A stretch of DNA of 64,000 bases from Parcubacteria group bacterium (GCA_041659685.1 JBAZXV010000001.1:97616-161615), one strand, 5' to 3'. Counted from the first letter of the stretch, positions 19,265 to 26,984 are shown. The notes: generated from the letters alone by a model not told the origin. Made by a program: numbers and translations.

Positions 19265-19537
19265 CTATTTATTATACCATTTTTTGATCCACCATTTCTT
19301 GAGAGCCGGCAGTGATTGCGCGGAAAGGAAATATCCGACTGTCGGAATGAGAGCGTTCCGGAAGAAATTTTGCGAACCGATTAGGAAAAACACCGCCGCA
19401 GCAATTGCGTATGTTATGAGCATTATGGAAAGCGTGCGAAACCAGCTTGTTTCCCAGGCTTTGTCCGATTCAACCCGTTGATTCCTGCTTTTCAACTCCT
19501 CAATCTGTTTTTCAATTTGTTTGATTTGTTTTTCCAT
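19265..19537 (-). CDS. small membrane protein with N-terminal coiled coil (90 aa)
   Basis: EKQIKQIEKQIEELK repeat followed by 2 TM segments. Preceded by the TTCCGGCGGGGGAT element 7 nt from the ATG. Confidence 0.5.
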   Translation of the reverse strand: MEKQIKQIEKQIEELKSRNQRVESDKAWETSWFRTLSIMLITYAIAAAVFFLIGSQNFFRNALIPTVGYFLSAQSLPALKKWWIKKWYNK

Positions 19538-19574
19538 ATAATTATCCCCCGCCGGAATTGGAAGGGCGGATTTT

Positions 19575-19964
19575 TTATTGGGGCTTTACTTTAGCGGAGT
19601 CCATCTTTTTTGCGTCAGCAATTTCTTTCCATAGCATGGTTGCCGAGGCAGTCGGCTCGCCTTCCTCGTCAATTCCGGCAAGATCAGGACCATCCTCATT
19701 CATATCGACGCAAACCAAGGCATCTATTGTTTCCGTTCTTTTGTCAGAGCGCTTGCGCATAACTGTTATTGCGCCCTCCCAAAGGCTGATTTCGGGATTA
19801 TAAAAAACTTCAAGCGATTCCTGAAAAACAAGCTTGATTTTTTCAATCCTGTTTTCATCCCTGACTTCTTGGTTTTCCTGATGGGTAAGGTCAAGTTCCT
19901 GTTCGAATGTTTTTTTGGCCTGCTCTCTTGAAGTTGAAAATTTTTCTATTGAGGACATATACAA
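19575..19964 (-). CDS. acidic hypothetical protein (129 aa)
   Basis: ORF with no recognisable domain, sitting upstream of the small membrane gene. Confidence 0.4.
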   Translation of the reverse strand: MYMSSIEKFSTSREQAKKTFEQELDLTHQENQEVRDENRIEKIKLVFQESLEVFYNPEISLWEGAITVMRKRSDKRTETIDALVCVDMNEDGPDLAGIDEEGEPTASATMLWKEIADAKKMDSAKVKPQ

Positions 19965-20046
19965 GTAAATTTCAAATAATAGTGAATTCCTGACGGCGTA
20001 TTAAAATATTCTCATAAATTCAATTAAGGGCTGACAAAGGCGACGT

Positions 20047-20178
20047 TTATTTTCGCTTCCGCCTGATGGCTTCCTCTATTTTTTTAAAAACTATTTTTAC
20101 GATCAAGACAGATAATATTCCAATAAAAACATAAAGCCAAATCACCGGAGTGAAAAATCCTTTCCAGAACGGTGTCAT
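20047..20178 (-). CDS. candidate unannotated micro-protein (43 aa, 1 TM)
   Basis: ATG...TAA read by hand on the minus strand (MTPFWKGFFTPVIWLYVFIGILSVLIVKIVFKKIEEAIRRKRK). Falls below the ORF-track cutoff. Confidence 0.2.
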   Translation of the reverse strand: MTPFWKGFFTPVIWLYVFIGILSVLIVKIVFKKIEEAIRRKRK

Positions 20179-20285
20179 GATTTGCCAGTAAGTTAAGTGC
20201 ATAAATTATTTAACATGCTGCGTAATTATTATATTCCCAAAACCCCAAACCCGAAAGCGGTTATTTTTAAAATCCAATTTTCCCT

Positions 20286-20328
20286 AATTTAGCAAAATTA
20301 TACGGCCGTGGGATTATGATGGTTTTTA
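20286..20328. repeat. direct repeat copy 1 (AATTTAGCAAAATTATACGGCCGTGGGATTATGATGGTTTT) at the 3' end of the PaaX-like gene
   Basis: About 39/43 identical to 20966-21008 and contains the ACGGCCGT palindrome. Confidence 0.75.
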
Positions 20329-20883
20329 TTTCTTGAAAAAATGTCTTTTGATCATAGCCTCATTGTCGATCTTAATTGCGGTGACTACCCGGACATACGA
20401 CCGGGCCGAGTATATTTCGACCAAATCCGAAATTGGTTTTTCGAAAGGGTGCGGAGACACAAAAACGCTATGTTGGAGTTTCAAAAATTTCAGGTTTCGG
20501 AGGTGCTCGCGCAAAATATCGCGGAACAAGCGGTTATTCTCGGGAATATCAAACAAAACGAGCCGCCATTTTCCATCCCAACGTTTCGGTTTTTTGAAAT
20601 TTATGGAACTTCCCAGCAAGCTCAATATCTTCGCCTCCCGCTTTCCATTTTTTGTCAGGACAAGCTTGAAGGATCCGTCAGGAAGCCTCTTCTCTTCGAG
20701 CAATTTTTCGTCGGACAGTCGGCGGATTGATCGGGCGAAAGTCTGCTGATTTATCTTTCGCCATTCTCTTTTGATAAGGCGGATGTTTTTATAGTATTGG
20801 CGAGGATTTCGGGAAAATCCCAATGCAACGCCTCCCAAAAGCGCCAACAGTATCTTTCTTTTTACTGGCCCTATTTTATACAT
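20326..20883 (-). CDS. PaaX-like transcriptional regulator (N-terminal wHTH plus PaaX C-terminal domain)
   Basis: WDGKWRLVLFDIPENNRLFRDILREHLRNLKFLKLQHSVFVSP resembles the PaaX C-domain consensus. Basic wHTH-like N-terminus. Confidence 0.5.
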   Translation of the reverse strand: MYKIGPVKRKILLALLGGVALGFSRNPRQYYKNIRLIKREWRKINQQTFARSIRRLSDEKLLEEKRLPDGSFKLVLTKNGKREAKILSLLGSSINFKKPKRWDGKWRLVLFDIPENNRLFRDILREHLRNLKFLKLQHSVFVSPHPFEKPISDLVEIYSARSYVRVVTAIKIDNEAMIKRHFFKK

Positions 20884-20895
20884 GAATATAGTTTA

Positions 20896-20923
20896 GCATT
20901 TTCCAACGGCCGTATCAAAATGC
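20896..20923. promoter_or_regulatory. palindromic candidate operator GCATTTTCCAACGGCCGTATCAAAATGC 13 bp upstream of the PaaX-like start
   Basis: GCATTTT/AAAATGC arms flank an ACGGCCGT core. The same core occurs in both flanking direct repeats. Confidence 0.4.
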
Positions 20924-20965
20924 TGAGTTTATATGCGGTGTTGAGGATGGATTCTTAGTTTAATG

Positions 20966-21008
20966 AATTTAGCAAAATAATACGGCCGTGGAATTATGAT
21001 GGGTTTTG
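20966..21008. repeat. direct repeat copy 2 upstream of the PaaX-like gene
   Basis: AATTTAGCAAAATAATACGGCCGTGGAATTATGATGGGTTTT. Confidence 0.75.
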
Positions 21009-21081
21009 TTGGGTGAAAGATGGGCGTGGTTTTTACTCCCTTGCCGAAAGCAAGTGTTTAATAACATTTTTTTCTCCTAAA

Positions 21082-21327
21082 TTACTTTTTTTTGGAATTC
21101 GATGACAACTTGGTATTCTTGAGAAAAAAAATGAGACTTGCGAGAAACGCCAAGAATATTATCGGCAGGAGAAGAATTGCATCGGATGCCAAATCAATAT
21201 CTTCCCTATCCGGAATTTTATGGGAAATAATTGCTCTCCACACCAAAAATCCAAAGAGTAAAGCCGCGAACGCACCATTGGCAATGCCCATTAATCTATT
21301 GTTATATCTTTTTATTTCTTTCCTCAT
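21082..21327 (-). CDS. small membrane protein (81 aa, 2 TM)
   Basis: Hydrophobic helices with a Lys-rich C-terminus. Confidence 0.4.
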   Translation of the reverse strand: MRKEIKRYNNRLMGIANGAFAALLFGFLVWRAIISHKIPDREDIDLASDAILLLPIIFLAFLASLIFFLKNTKLSSNSKKK

Positions 21328-21440
21328 ATTTATTTTTATTATAAAGTTAAGCTTTAGGAGTAGTTTCTATAGGCGTTGTTTCGAATATCTCAAACTTCGC
21401 TATTTATTCCTAAAGCAGAACTTTAGAAATAATCATTTTT

Positions 21441-21836
21441 TCAATTCAAATATGTGATTGTGAGTTGCAAAATAGTGGCAAAGAAGACCCACAAGAGATA
21501 CGGAAGATTCACAAGGGCAACCCAGCGCATATGCGGATAAATGGCGATCATCGCCCAGACAAGCGTCCCCAGCACCAGCATGATATCAGCCGCCGCAAGA
21601 AGATTGTTTTGCAGTCCGAATTGGATCGGCGAGAAGGCGAAATTGAAAATAAGATTCAGCGCGAAAGGCAAAGCGGCAAGCCAAGGAATTTTTCGGTTGA
21701 AAGCCCTCCAAAACACGGCGCCGAAGCTCGCGGCAATTATCGCGTACAAGATCGTCCACACCGGGCCGAAAAGCCAGCTCGGCGGCGCCCAGGAGGGTTT
21801 GATCAAGTTTTGGTACCAGGTATATGTTTTATTCAT
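21441..21836 (-). CDS. tspO: TspO/MBR family (tryptophan-rich sensory protein)
   Basis: PSWAPPSWLFGPVWTILY is a hallmark TspO N-terminal motif. About 5 TM. Confidence 0.8.
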   Translation of the reverse strand: MNKTYTWYQNLIKPSWAPPSWLFGPVWTILYAIIAASFGAVFWRAFNRKIPWLAALPFALNLIFNFAFSPIQFGLQNNLLAAADIMLVLGTLVWAMIAIYPHMRWVALVNLPYLLWVFFATILQLTITYLN

Positions 21837-21856
21837 AATATTCCATCCCCCGCCGG

Positions 21857-21868
21857 AATTACGTAATT
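21857..21868. promoter_or_regulatory. 12-bp palindrome AATTACGTAATT abutting the TTCCGGCGGGGGAT element upstream of tspO; a second inverted repeat GTTACGCA-n6-TGCGTAAC lies at 21883-21904
   Basis: Read directly; member of the TACGTA-core palindrome family. Confidence 0.5.
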
Positions 21869-21937
21869 AATGAAATTTAATTGTTACGCAGCGTGTTGCG
21901 TAACATCGGCTCGGGGAGTTTTTCCCTAAAGTGAAAT

Positions 21938-22537
21938 TTATGGACGGTTATTCAAATATTTTTCGGGAAATTTTCCGCGTTCTTCGAGAAAATGATCATA
22001 TCTCGCCTGGAACGATTTCTTGACTTCCGGCAGAACTATTTTTCTGTTCCAGTCCTTGTTTGCTTTTCGGATATCGTCTTCCAAGAGTTCTTCGGGTTCT
22101 ATCTGAGGTTGTTCATTCCACCAAAGTAGGTAGAACGGGCCCACGAAATGCGAGGCGCCATCGGCCGAGGAAACTATTTTTGTTTCGAGAGAGGCAGTGC
22201 TCAGGTCGATGTCCATGCTTTTGTCCATAAGTCCGACCAGCTCAAGGGCTTTTCGGATAAAATCTTCCGCAAAACCGATTTCAAGAAGCTTCTTCCGGCC
22301 TTCCGTCTGGGTGGTCTCATGGCGTTTTTCGAAGTTGATGAGCTTTCCGTAGTCGTGCAGCCAAACCGCGGTCAGGACGAGATCGCGGTCGGCAGCTTTG
22401 TAAATGTTGCATAGTTCCATGGCAATCTTCTCGACGATTTCGAGGTGATATTTAACGAACCATTTGTGGTGGACGAAATCTGGGTTTCTAGAAAGCTCTA
22501 TGACATGTTTTTTGAATTTCTGGATTTTTTCGTTCAT
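21938..22537 (-). CDS. HD-domain phosphohydrolase
   Basis: VWLHDYGK HD motif. Confidence 0.75.
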   Translation of the reverse strand: MNEKIQKFKKHVIELSRNPDFVHHKWFVKYHLEIVEKIAMELCNIYKAADRDLVLTAVWLHDYGKLINFEKRHETTQTEGRKKLLEIGFAEDFIRKALELVGLMDKSMDIDLSTASLETKIVSSADGASHFVGPFYLLWWNEQPQIEPEELLEDDIRKANKDWNRKIVLPEVKKSFQARYDHFLEERGKFPEKYLNNRP

Positions 22538-22595
22538 GAGATATTATTAATTCCTAAAGTTGAACTTCGGGAGTCTTAATGTTAGGAAGAATTAA

Positions 22596-23684
22596 TTAGG
22601 ATTTTTCTTGATCGCTGCCACGCATCGCGGCTTCGAAATAATCTTTCAATCTGACCAGATGCTTTTCAAATCCTCCGATGTCAATTTTATAATCCTCTTT
22701 GTCAGGATTAACGAAGCTGTCCACTAGTATCCGCACGTATTCCTTTTTTAGTTCTCTGTATAATTTAATGAATTTCGCGACTTCCTCCGCCGGCATATTT
22801 TGAGCCATTTCATTGACTGAAATAAGGGGTGGATCGAACGATTTGACCATATAGTCATCTCTCCTCGGATCTTTTTTTGAAAAATCGTTGGCGGTGAAAT
22901 AGAAAAATTTCCGATCCGCTTTAAAAAGAGAGTTGAACAGCTCCTGGTCCTCTTCGGGAACATCCCCGCGGAATTTAAAGCCCTGTCCGATAGTGGTCGG
23001 GTCACGAAACAGGCGAAGCATCCTGCCTTGATCGCCTTGTCCGCTGACGGTCAGTCTCTGCTGAATAATATCTTCAACATGAGACTGGATGATACTTGGA
23101 TTGACATGGGTCCGGCTTTTCCCGTCGAGAGACAGCAGATGAGGAATTTCTTTTTCCGAATCGCCGCTCAAATCTTCAGTGAGCAGATGATATACGAAGC
23201 GTCCTATTCTCCCGTTCGCATCGCCATAGGCGTGGATGGCATTGATCGAAATGGCAAGCACGAGAGCGATATCCCCTAGGTCCCGTCCGTCTCGATTCAT
23301 TTTTTGAGACGCCTGCAGAATTTCGCCTAATAATCCCGGCTTGTCTTCGTGAAACGGGGGCGTATATAGGTTAATTCCGAACGGCGAAGCCACCTCCACG
23401 TCCTCGCCGTCCATGCCCCAGTCTCCCTTTTTCTTATTTCTCAAAATTCCATTCAATCCATTTAGAAGTTCAATAAAATCTTTTTCGGAAAGATTTTCAA
23501 TAAATTCGCGTTTGTTACCTTCGGTTGAGAATACCTCTACGAAAGATTTTCCCTGAAAAGATTTGATATTTTTTGCGGAATCAATAAAACGTAAAAAAAC
23601 ATCGGCTCGTTTTGTGCGATCCGTACCTTGATCATCGACATCAATGCCATATTTCTTCGGTAATTTTTTATTTATATCCTCCAT
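22596..23684 (-). CDS. Fic/DOC family protein (putative AMPylator) with variant Fic motif
   Basis: HAYGDANGRIGR matches HPFx[DE]GNGRxxR. 362 aa. Lies 58 bp upstream of the HD gene, co-oriented. Confidence 0.7.
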   Translation of the reverse strand: MEDINKKLPKKYGIDVDDQGTDRTKRADVFLRFIDSAKNIKSFQGKSFVEVFSTEGNKREFIENLSEKDFIELLNGLNGILRNKKKGDWGMDGEDVEVASPFGINLYTPPFHEDKPGLLGEILQASQKMNRDGRDLGDIALVLAISINAIHAYGDANGRIGRFVYHLLTEDLSGDSEKEIPHLLSLDGKSRTHVNPSIIQSHVEDIIQQRLTVSGQGDQGRMLRLFRDPTTIGQGFKFRGDVPEEDQELFNSLFKADRKFFYFTANDFSKKDPRRDDYMVKSFDPPLISVNEMAQNMPAEEVAKFIKLYRELKKEYVRILVDSFVNPDKEDYKIDIGGFEKHLVRLKDYFEAAMRGSDQEKS

Positions 23685-23735
23685 AGAACGTCGAATGCAT
23701 ATTTATATTAGTAGTTTCGTTACTTGCCCCGCTGG

Positions 23736-23757
23736 AAATACGTATTTAAATACGTAA
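23736..23757. promoter_or_regulatory. overlapping TACGTA-core palindromes (AAATACGTATTT and TACGTATTTAAATACGTA) ~50 bp upstream of fic, followed by a TTCCAGCGGGGCAAG variant of the GC element (23723-23737)
   Basis: Read directly. Sits upstream of a TATAAAT -10-like box. Confidence 0.5.
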
Positions 23758-23826
23758 CTTGCTACGTAACAGATTTTATTTCTAAATTTTAAAGCCCGAG
23801 AACGATTGTTTTTCAAACCCCAGGCT

Positions 23827-23847
23827 AGTTTCCTAACATTGAATGTT
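23827..23847. promoter_or_regulatory. perfect 21-bp palindrome TCCTAACATT-G-AATGTTAGGA
   Basis: Read directly. The same half-site occurs at 189-239, 22577-22588 (half), 24308-24328 and 24738-24758. Confidence 0.55.
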
Positions 23848-23865
23848 AGGAGAGGTTGAGGTTTA

Positions 23866-24293
23866 TTCATTTTTTGTCACCAATCGCAATAATTCGTCGG
23901 GATAACTTTCTTCCAATTTGTTGCAACTGCCGCGGCCAAGCTTCGTTAATGGTCGATAGCGCATAAAGCGATGATAAACATCCTCAACGTTCATTTCCGT
24001 GAATTCAGCGCTGTCTAATTGCGAGTTTACTAATTGAAAAATTTGGCTATTATTTTCTATTAAAACGGTGTTGATATAACGTCCCGTGACGTCTTTCGGT
24101 TTTCCTATTGCTACCTAATAACCTTTTCAACCAGCCATCATCGAGGCTAAAGTAGTGAGAGACAAACAGCCCCAGTGGTCAAACAAGCTGTCTTTGCAGA
24201 TATGTTCAACTAAACCCTGATTTTTATGCAAGAATATCTTGATCTTTTTGAACGTCGCCTGTTCACCTTCTTTAAGTTTATCCTTTATTTTTT
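23866..24293 (-). pseudogene. decayed ORF: 56 codons (MEKIKDKLKEGEQATFKKIKIFLHKNQGLVEHICKDSLFDHWGCLSLTTLASMMAG), then TGA, 3 codons, TAG, then 83 further open codons (...MNVEDVYHRFMRYRPLTKLGRGSCNKLEESYPDELLRLVTKNE) in the same frame
   Basis: Hand translation of the minus strand. Two in-frame stops sit 12 nt apart. The region is bracketed by palindromes. The ORF track does not report it. Confidence 0.35.
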
Positions 24294-24307
24294 CCATATT
24301 CTTCTAT

Positions 24308-24328
24308 TTCATCCTAACGTTAAATGTT
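24308..24328. promoter_or_regulatory. imperfect palindrome TCCTAACGTT-A-AATGTTGGGA
   Basis: Degenerate copy of the CCTAACAT family, between the decayed ORF and the 24336 gene. Confidence 0.4.
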
Positions 24329-24335
24329 GGGAAAG

Positions 24336-24653
24336 TTATCGAAAAATAATCAGACTAAGAACCATCAACACGAGGAACACGAACAGCCAGAGAAGGGTGA
24401 AACTAAAAAGCGTCAAAGCCTCTTTCTTTTTGCCTTCCATATACATGAGCACCGGTTTTCCCAAGACGAGCGCGCCGGATACCGCCGCCGAAAGGACAAA
24501 AAGCAGGAGAAAAGTGATTGGGGCGAGAATTTTGTTGTCGGGGGCGTTGCCGAAAAATCGCTCGGCGCCGCTCATCAGAAGCGCCACGAGTCCGATATAC
24601 ACCGCCTCTCCCAAGGCGCACAAGAATCCGAGTTTGATCAATTGTTTTTGCAT
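24336..24653 (-). CDS. small membrane protein (105 aa, 3 TM)
   Basis: Hydrophobic ORF. Upstream lie tandem palindromes AAATACGTATTT-AATTACGTAATT (24699-24722) and TTTTCGGCGGGGGAT (24687-24702). Confidence 0.5.
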   Translation of the reverse strand: MQKQLIKLGFLCALGEAVYIGLVALLMSGAERFFGNAPDNKILAPITFLLLFVLSAAVSGALVLGKPVLMYMEGKKKEALTLFSFTLLWLFVFLVLMVLSLIIFR

Positions 24654-24698
24654 ATGCTTTGGTATGATTATTTATTATTTTTTTCAATCCCCCGCCGA

Positions 24699-24722
24699 AA
24701 ATACGTATTTAATTACGTAATT
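24699..24722. promoter_or_regulatory. two adjacent 12-bp palindromes AAATACGTATTT and AATTACGTAATT
   Basis: Read directly. Confidence 0.55.
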
Positions 24723-24737
24723 ATGCAATCTCCATTA

Positions 24738-24758
24738 CCCCAACATTCAATGTTGGGG
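24738..24758. promoter_or_regulatory. perfect 21-bp palindrome CCCCAACATT-C-AATGTTGGGG, 5 bp past the stop of the 24763 gene
   Basis: Read directly. G/C variant of the CCTAACAT family. Confidence 0.5.
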
Positions 24759-24762
24759 TGGG

Positions 24763-25503
24763 TTACTCCTTATCTTCTATGTCTTCGACTTTTATTTCTT
24801 TCCCTTCCAGCTTATCAGCGTATTTCTCTTTGAGGTAATTTATAGCGTCATCAGCGGTTCTGTAGATATTCTGATTATAAGCGCCTTTGTGATCAATCAT
24901 TGTGATCCTGCCGTTTTTGTCGATCTTGCCAATGGCGAATTCTTTAATATGGTCCGGAACGATGACCATAAAGCATCGAGTTCCTTTTTTAACTGGAGCG
25001 CCGAGCACTTCTTTTATATTTTTCAAGCGCTGAACAATGGTGGAAAAAAAGAATCTGCCCTCTTCTTTTCCTTGGGTTCTCTGGGTGAAGCCCAATGACT
25101 CCATCGGGTCTTCCATATTGAATTTATAAAAGACTCCATCGGGCCAGATCTCCTTGTAAAGAGCTAATGCCGCCATATATGAAGCTTTAAATTCGACCGT
25201 TTTTTTGATTTGAGCAACACTGCCCTTGATAAAGTCATCTTCTGAAAATTCGGCAGCACGACCAGTTTCCTTTTCGATGTTTGCAAGGATCTTTTTTTTA
25301 TCCACTATTTCTCCGGCTATTCGGGCAACTTGGTCATCGGTAACCCTGATACCCGCTTCAGTAGCCAGATTTTTAATTATCTCAAGGTTACTAATTTCTC
25401 CAGGAGCGCTGTTCTCCTGTAGAATGGGGTAATTTTTAATATTTTTTGTCTCCATATATTTGAGATTATTTTTATTCCGAGGCGGACAAGTGCTACGTAG
25501 CAA
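24763..25503 (-). CDS. hypothetical protein; the likely true start is the internal Met (METKNIKN, ~25455)
   Basis: The 12-bp palindrome TGCTACGTAGCA (25491-25502) lies inside the annotated N-terminal extension, arguing for the internal start. Confidence 0.5.
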   Translation of the reverse strand: MLRSTCPPRNKNNLKYMETKNIKNYPILQENSAPGEISNLEIIKNLATEAGIRVTDDQVARIAGEIVDKKKILANIEKETGRAAEFSEDDFIKGSVAQIKKTVEFKASYMAALALYKEIWPDGVFYKFNMEDPMESLGFTQRTQGKEEGRFFFSTIVQRLKNIKEVLGAPVKKGTRCFMVIVPDHIKEFAIGKIDKNGRITMIDHKGAYNQNIYRTADDAINYLKEKYADKLEGKEIKVEDIEDKE

Positions 25504-25528
25504 GATGCGTAATTCGCCAAATTTCTTT

Positions 25529-26161
25529 TTAAATACGTAGTTCTTCCCCCTCGCCCACCAGTTCTATTATATCATCTTTCACTAAAATCGCCTGTTCGTC
25601 TGTGATAATTTTGACCGGATACCCTGCTTTCGCGATTTTTTCTTGGAGAAATTCCTTCATTTCCGGCACGTAATGGGCTTTCACAAGAAACGGCACCAAA
25701 TTCATCGCCGCAAGATCCGTCACGCCGAAATTATTTTTTTCCTCGCCCGGTTTTTTCCAGGTCGACATTTCAATGGTGGGACATGCCACGTAGCTCCCGG
25801 CGCTCGCGCCGACATAAACCACGCCGCGGTCCAACAGTTTTTTGACGACCTGATCAAATCCGCTTTCGCGAACTGCCTTTAGAAGATAAAACGCGTTTCC
25901 TCCCTCGACAAGAACCGCGTCCATGCCGCCGAGCAATAATTCCAGCTCCCCTATGTTTTTACCTTCAATATCAATTTCCGTGAAATTATAGCCTTCTTTT
26001 TCGAGAAGTCTTTTGTGTTTTTCAAGATTTTCTCGATTCACGGCGCCTTTCGTTGCCGTGGTAATCCAGGCCAGTTTCATCCGGGAAACGTCCGGGAACA
26101 GGAGTTTCAAACCTTTCTTGATAACATAATCGCCGATGGACGCCAGAAGCAATGTTTTCAT
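25529..26161 (-). CDS. peptidase S51 (dipeptidase E-like) family protein
   Basis: GGNAFYLL...VGASAGS pattern of the PepE/cyanophycinase fold. 7-bp gap after the methyltransferase gene. Confidence 0.65.
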   Translation of the reverse strand: MKTLLLASIGDYVIKKGLKLLFPDVSRMKLAWITTATKGAVNRENLEKHKRLLEKEGYNFTEIDIEGKNIGELELLLGGMDAVLVEGGNAFYLLKAVRESGFDQVVKKLLDRGVVYVGASAGSYVACPTIEMSTWKKPGEEKNNFGVTDLAAMNLVPFLVKAHYVPEMKEFLQEKIAKAGYPVKIITDEQAILVKDDIIELVGEGEELRI

Positions 26162-26167
26162 ATTTTA

Positions 26168-26902
26168 TTATAATCCAATCAGGCCTCGTAAGATATTCGC
26201 CTTATGTCCGGCGGCGTCAAATTTCGATTTCGAGTTTCTTAGCAACCAATAATCATATTTTTCTTCCTTTCGCCATTCCATATTGTATCCTTTTCCCTGA
26301 AGATACTCAAAAGATCTTCTTTTGGCAGCCTCGCTGATTCTTTGATATTCCGTTCTCTCGTCCTCAGTCATTTCGGACCATGATTTTTTCAGATGCTCCA
26401 GACGATCCGAAGAATTATGAATAAACGCAAAAACGCCTGGGGTAATCCGCGCTTCTCCGCCTTGTCGCAAAACTCTCAACATTTCATTCATAATAGCAAG
26501 TGTTTCCGGCTCCTCGCCGAAATCTCCCAAAAATGGCGGAGCGGCTCCCATTGAAATGATCCGATCAAAACTTGCATCAGTAAAAGGTAATTCGACGGCG
26601 TCACCGACAACTCTTCCTTTAAGATCTTTTCGCTTTGAAAATCGGAAGTCATTCGTATCAAAAGAAACAACATTTGCGTTTTGTTTTAATGCCGCTCTCT
26701 CCAAAATATTCGGTCCCGATCCAAGATCGAGTGTCCTGCCCCGGAGGTCTTCCAGATTCAAGCCGATTCTCGCTAACATTAATTTCGCTCTTTTGTCTAT
26801 TTCCTCGTCTGTCATTTTGTCGACCTTCGAAACTGCTTTTTCTGAGTCGGCTTTTGCCTGCGCTTCAAAATCTCCACGAATTATCTTCTGAAGATATTCC
26901 AT
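26168..26902 (-). CDS. class I SAM-dependent methyltransferase
   Basis: LDLGSGPN motif I, the acidic motif II (VSFD) and motif III (GDAVELPFTDASFD). Confidence 0.75.
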   Translation of the reverse strand: MEYLQKIIRGDFEAQAKADSEKAVSKVDKMTDEEIDKRAKLMLARIGLNLEDLRGRTLDLGSGPNILERAALKQNANVVSFDTNDFRFSKRKDLKGRVVGDAVELPFTDASFDRIISMGAAPPFLGDFGEEPETLAIMNEMLRVLRQGGEARITPGVFAFIHNSSDRLEHLKKSWSEMTEDERTEYQRISEAAKRRSFEYLQGKGYNMEWRKEEKYDYWLLRNSKSKFDAAGHKANILRGLIGL

Positions 26903-26964
26903 AAGAAGATTTTTTAAGAATTAAGCAAAGTAAGTTCTTTGCAGGATAAATTGTTGACCGAGAT

Positions 26965-26984
26965 GTATTTTAAAATACGTATTT
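26965..26984. promoter_or_regulatory. overlapping palindromes GTATTTTAAAATAC and AAATACGTATTT ~65 bp upstream of the methyltransferase start
   Basis: Read directly. Confidence 0.5.

Noticed and set aside
19544-21860. Interpreting ATCCCCCGCCGGAATT simply as a strong Shine-Dalgarno
   Set aside because: It fits for two genes (6-8 nt spacing), but the same element sits 33-45 nt upstream of two other starts, so a pure RBS explanation is insufficient. Kept as a finding instead.
6688-24125. In-frame stops in priA (TAA) and the 23866-24293 ORF (TGA, TAG) as evidence of stop-codon reassignment
   Set aside because: Three different stop codons are involved. The prfB UGA-dependent frameshift in the same window shows UGA is read as stop. 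Pseudogenisation or assembly error is more parsimonious.
24226-24833. Plus-strand ORFs of 164 and 169 aa across the palindrome-rich region
   Set aside because: They are antisense to the hydrophobic 105-aa membrane ORF and run through several perfect palindromes. Low-complexity, basic translation.
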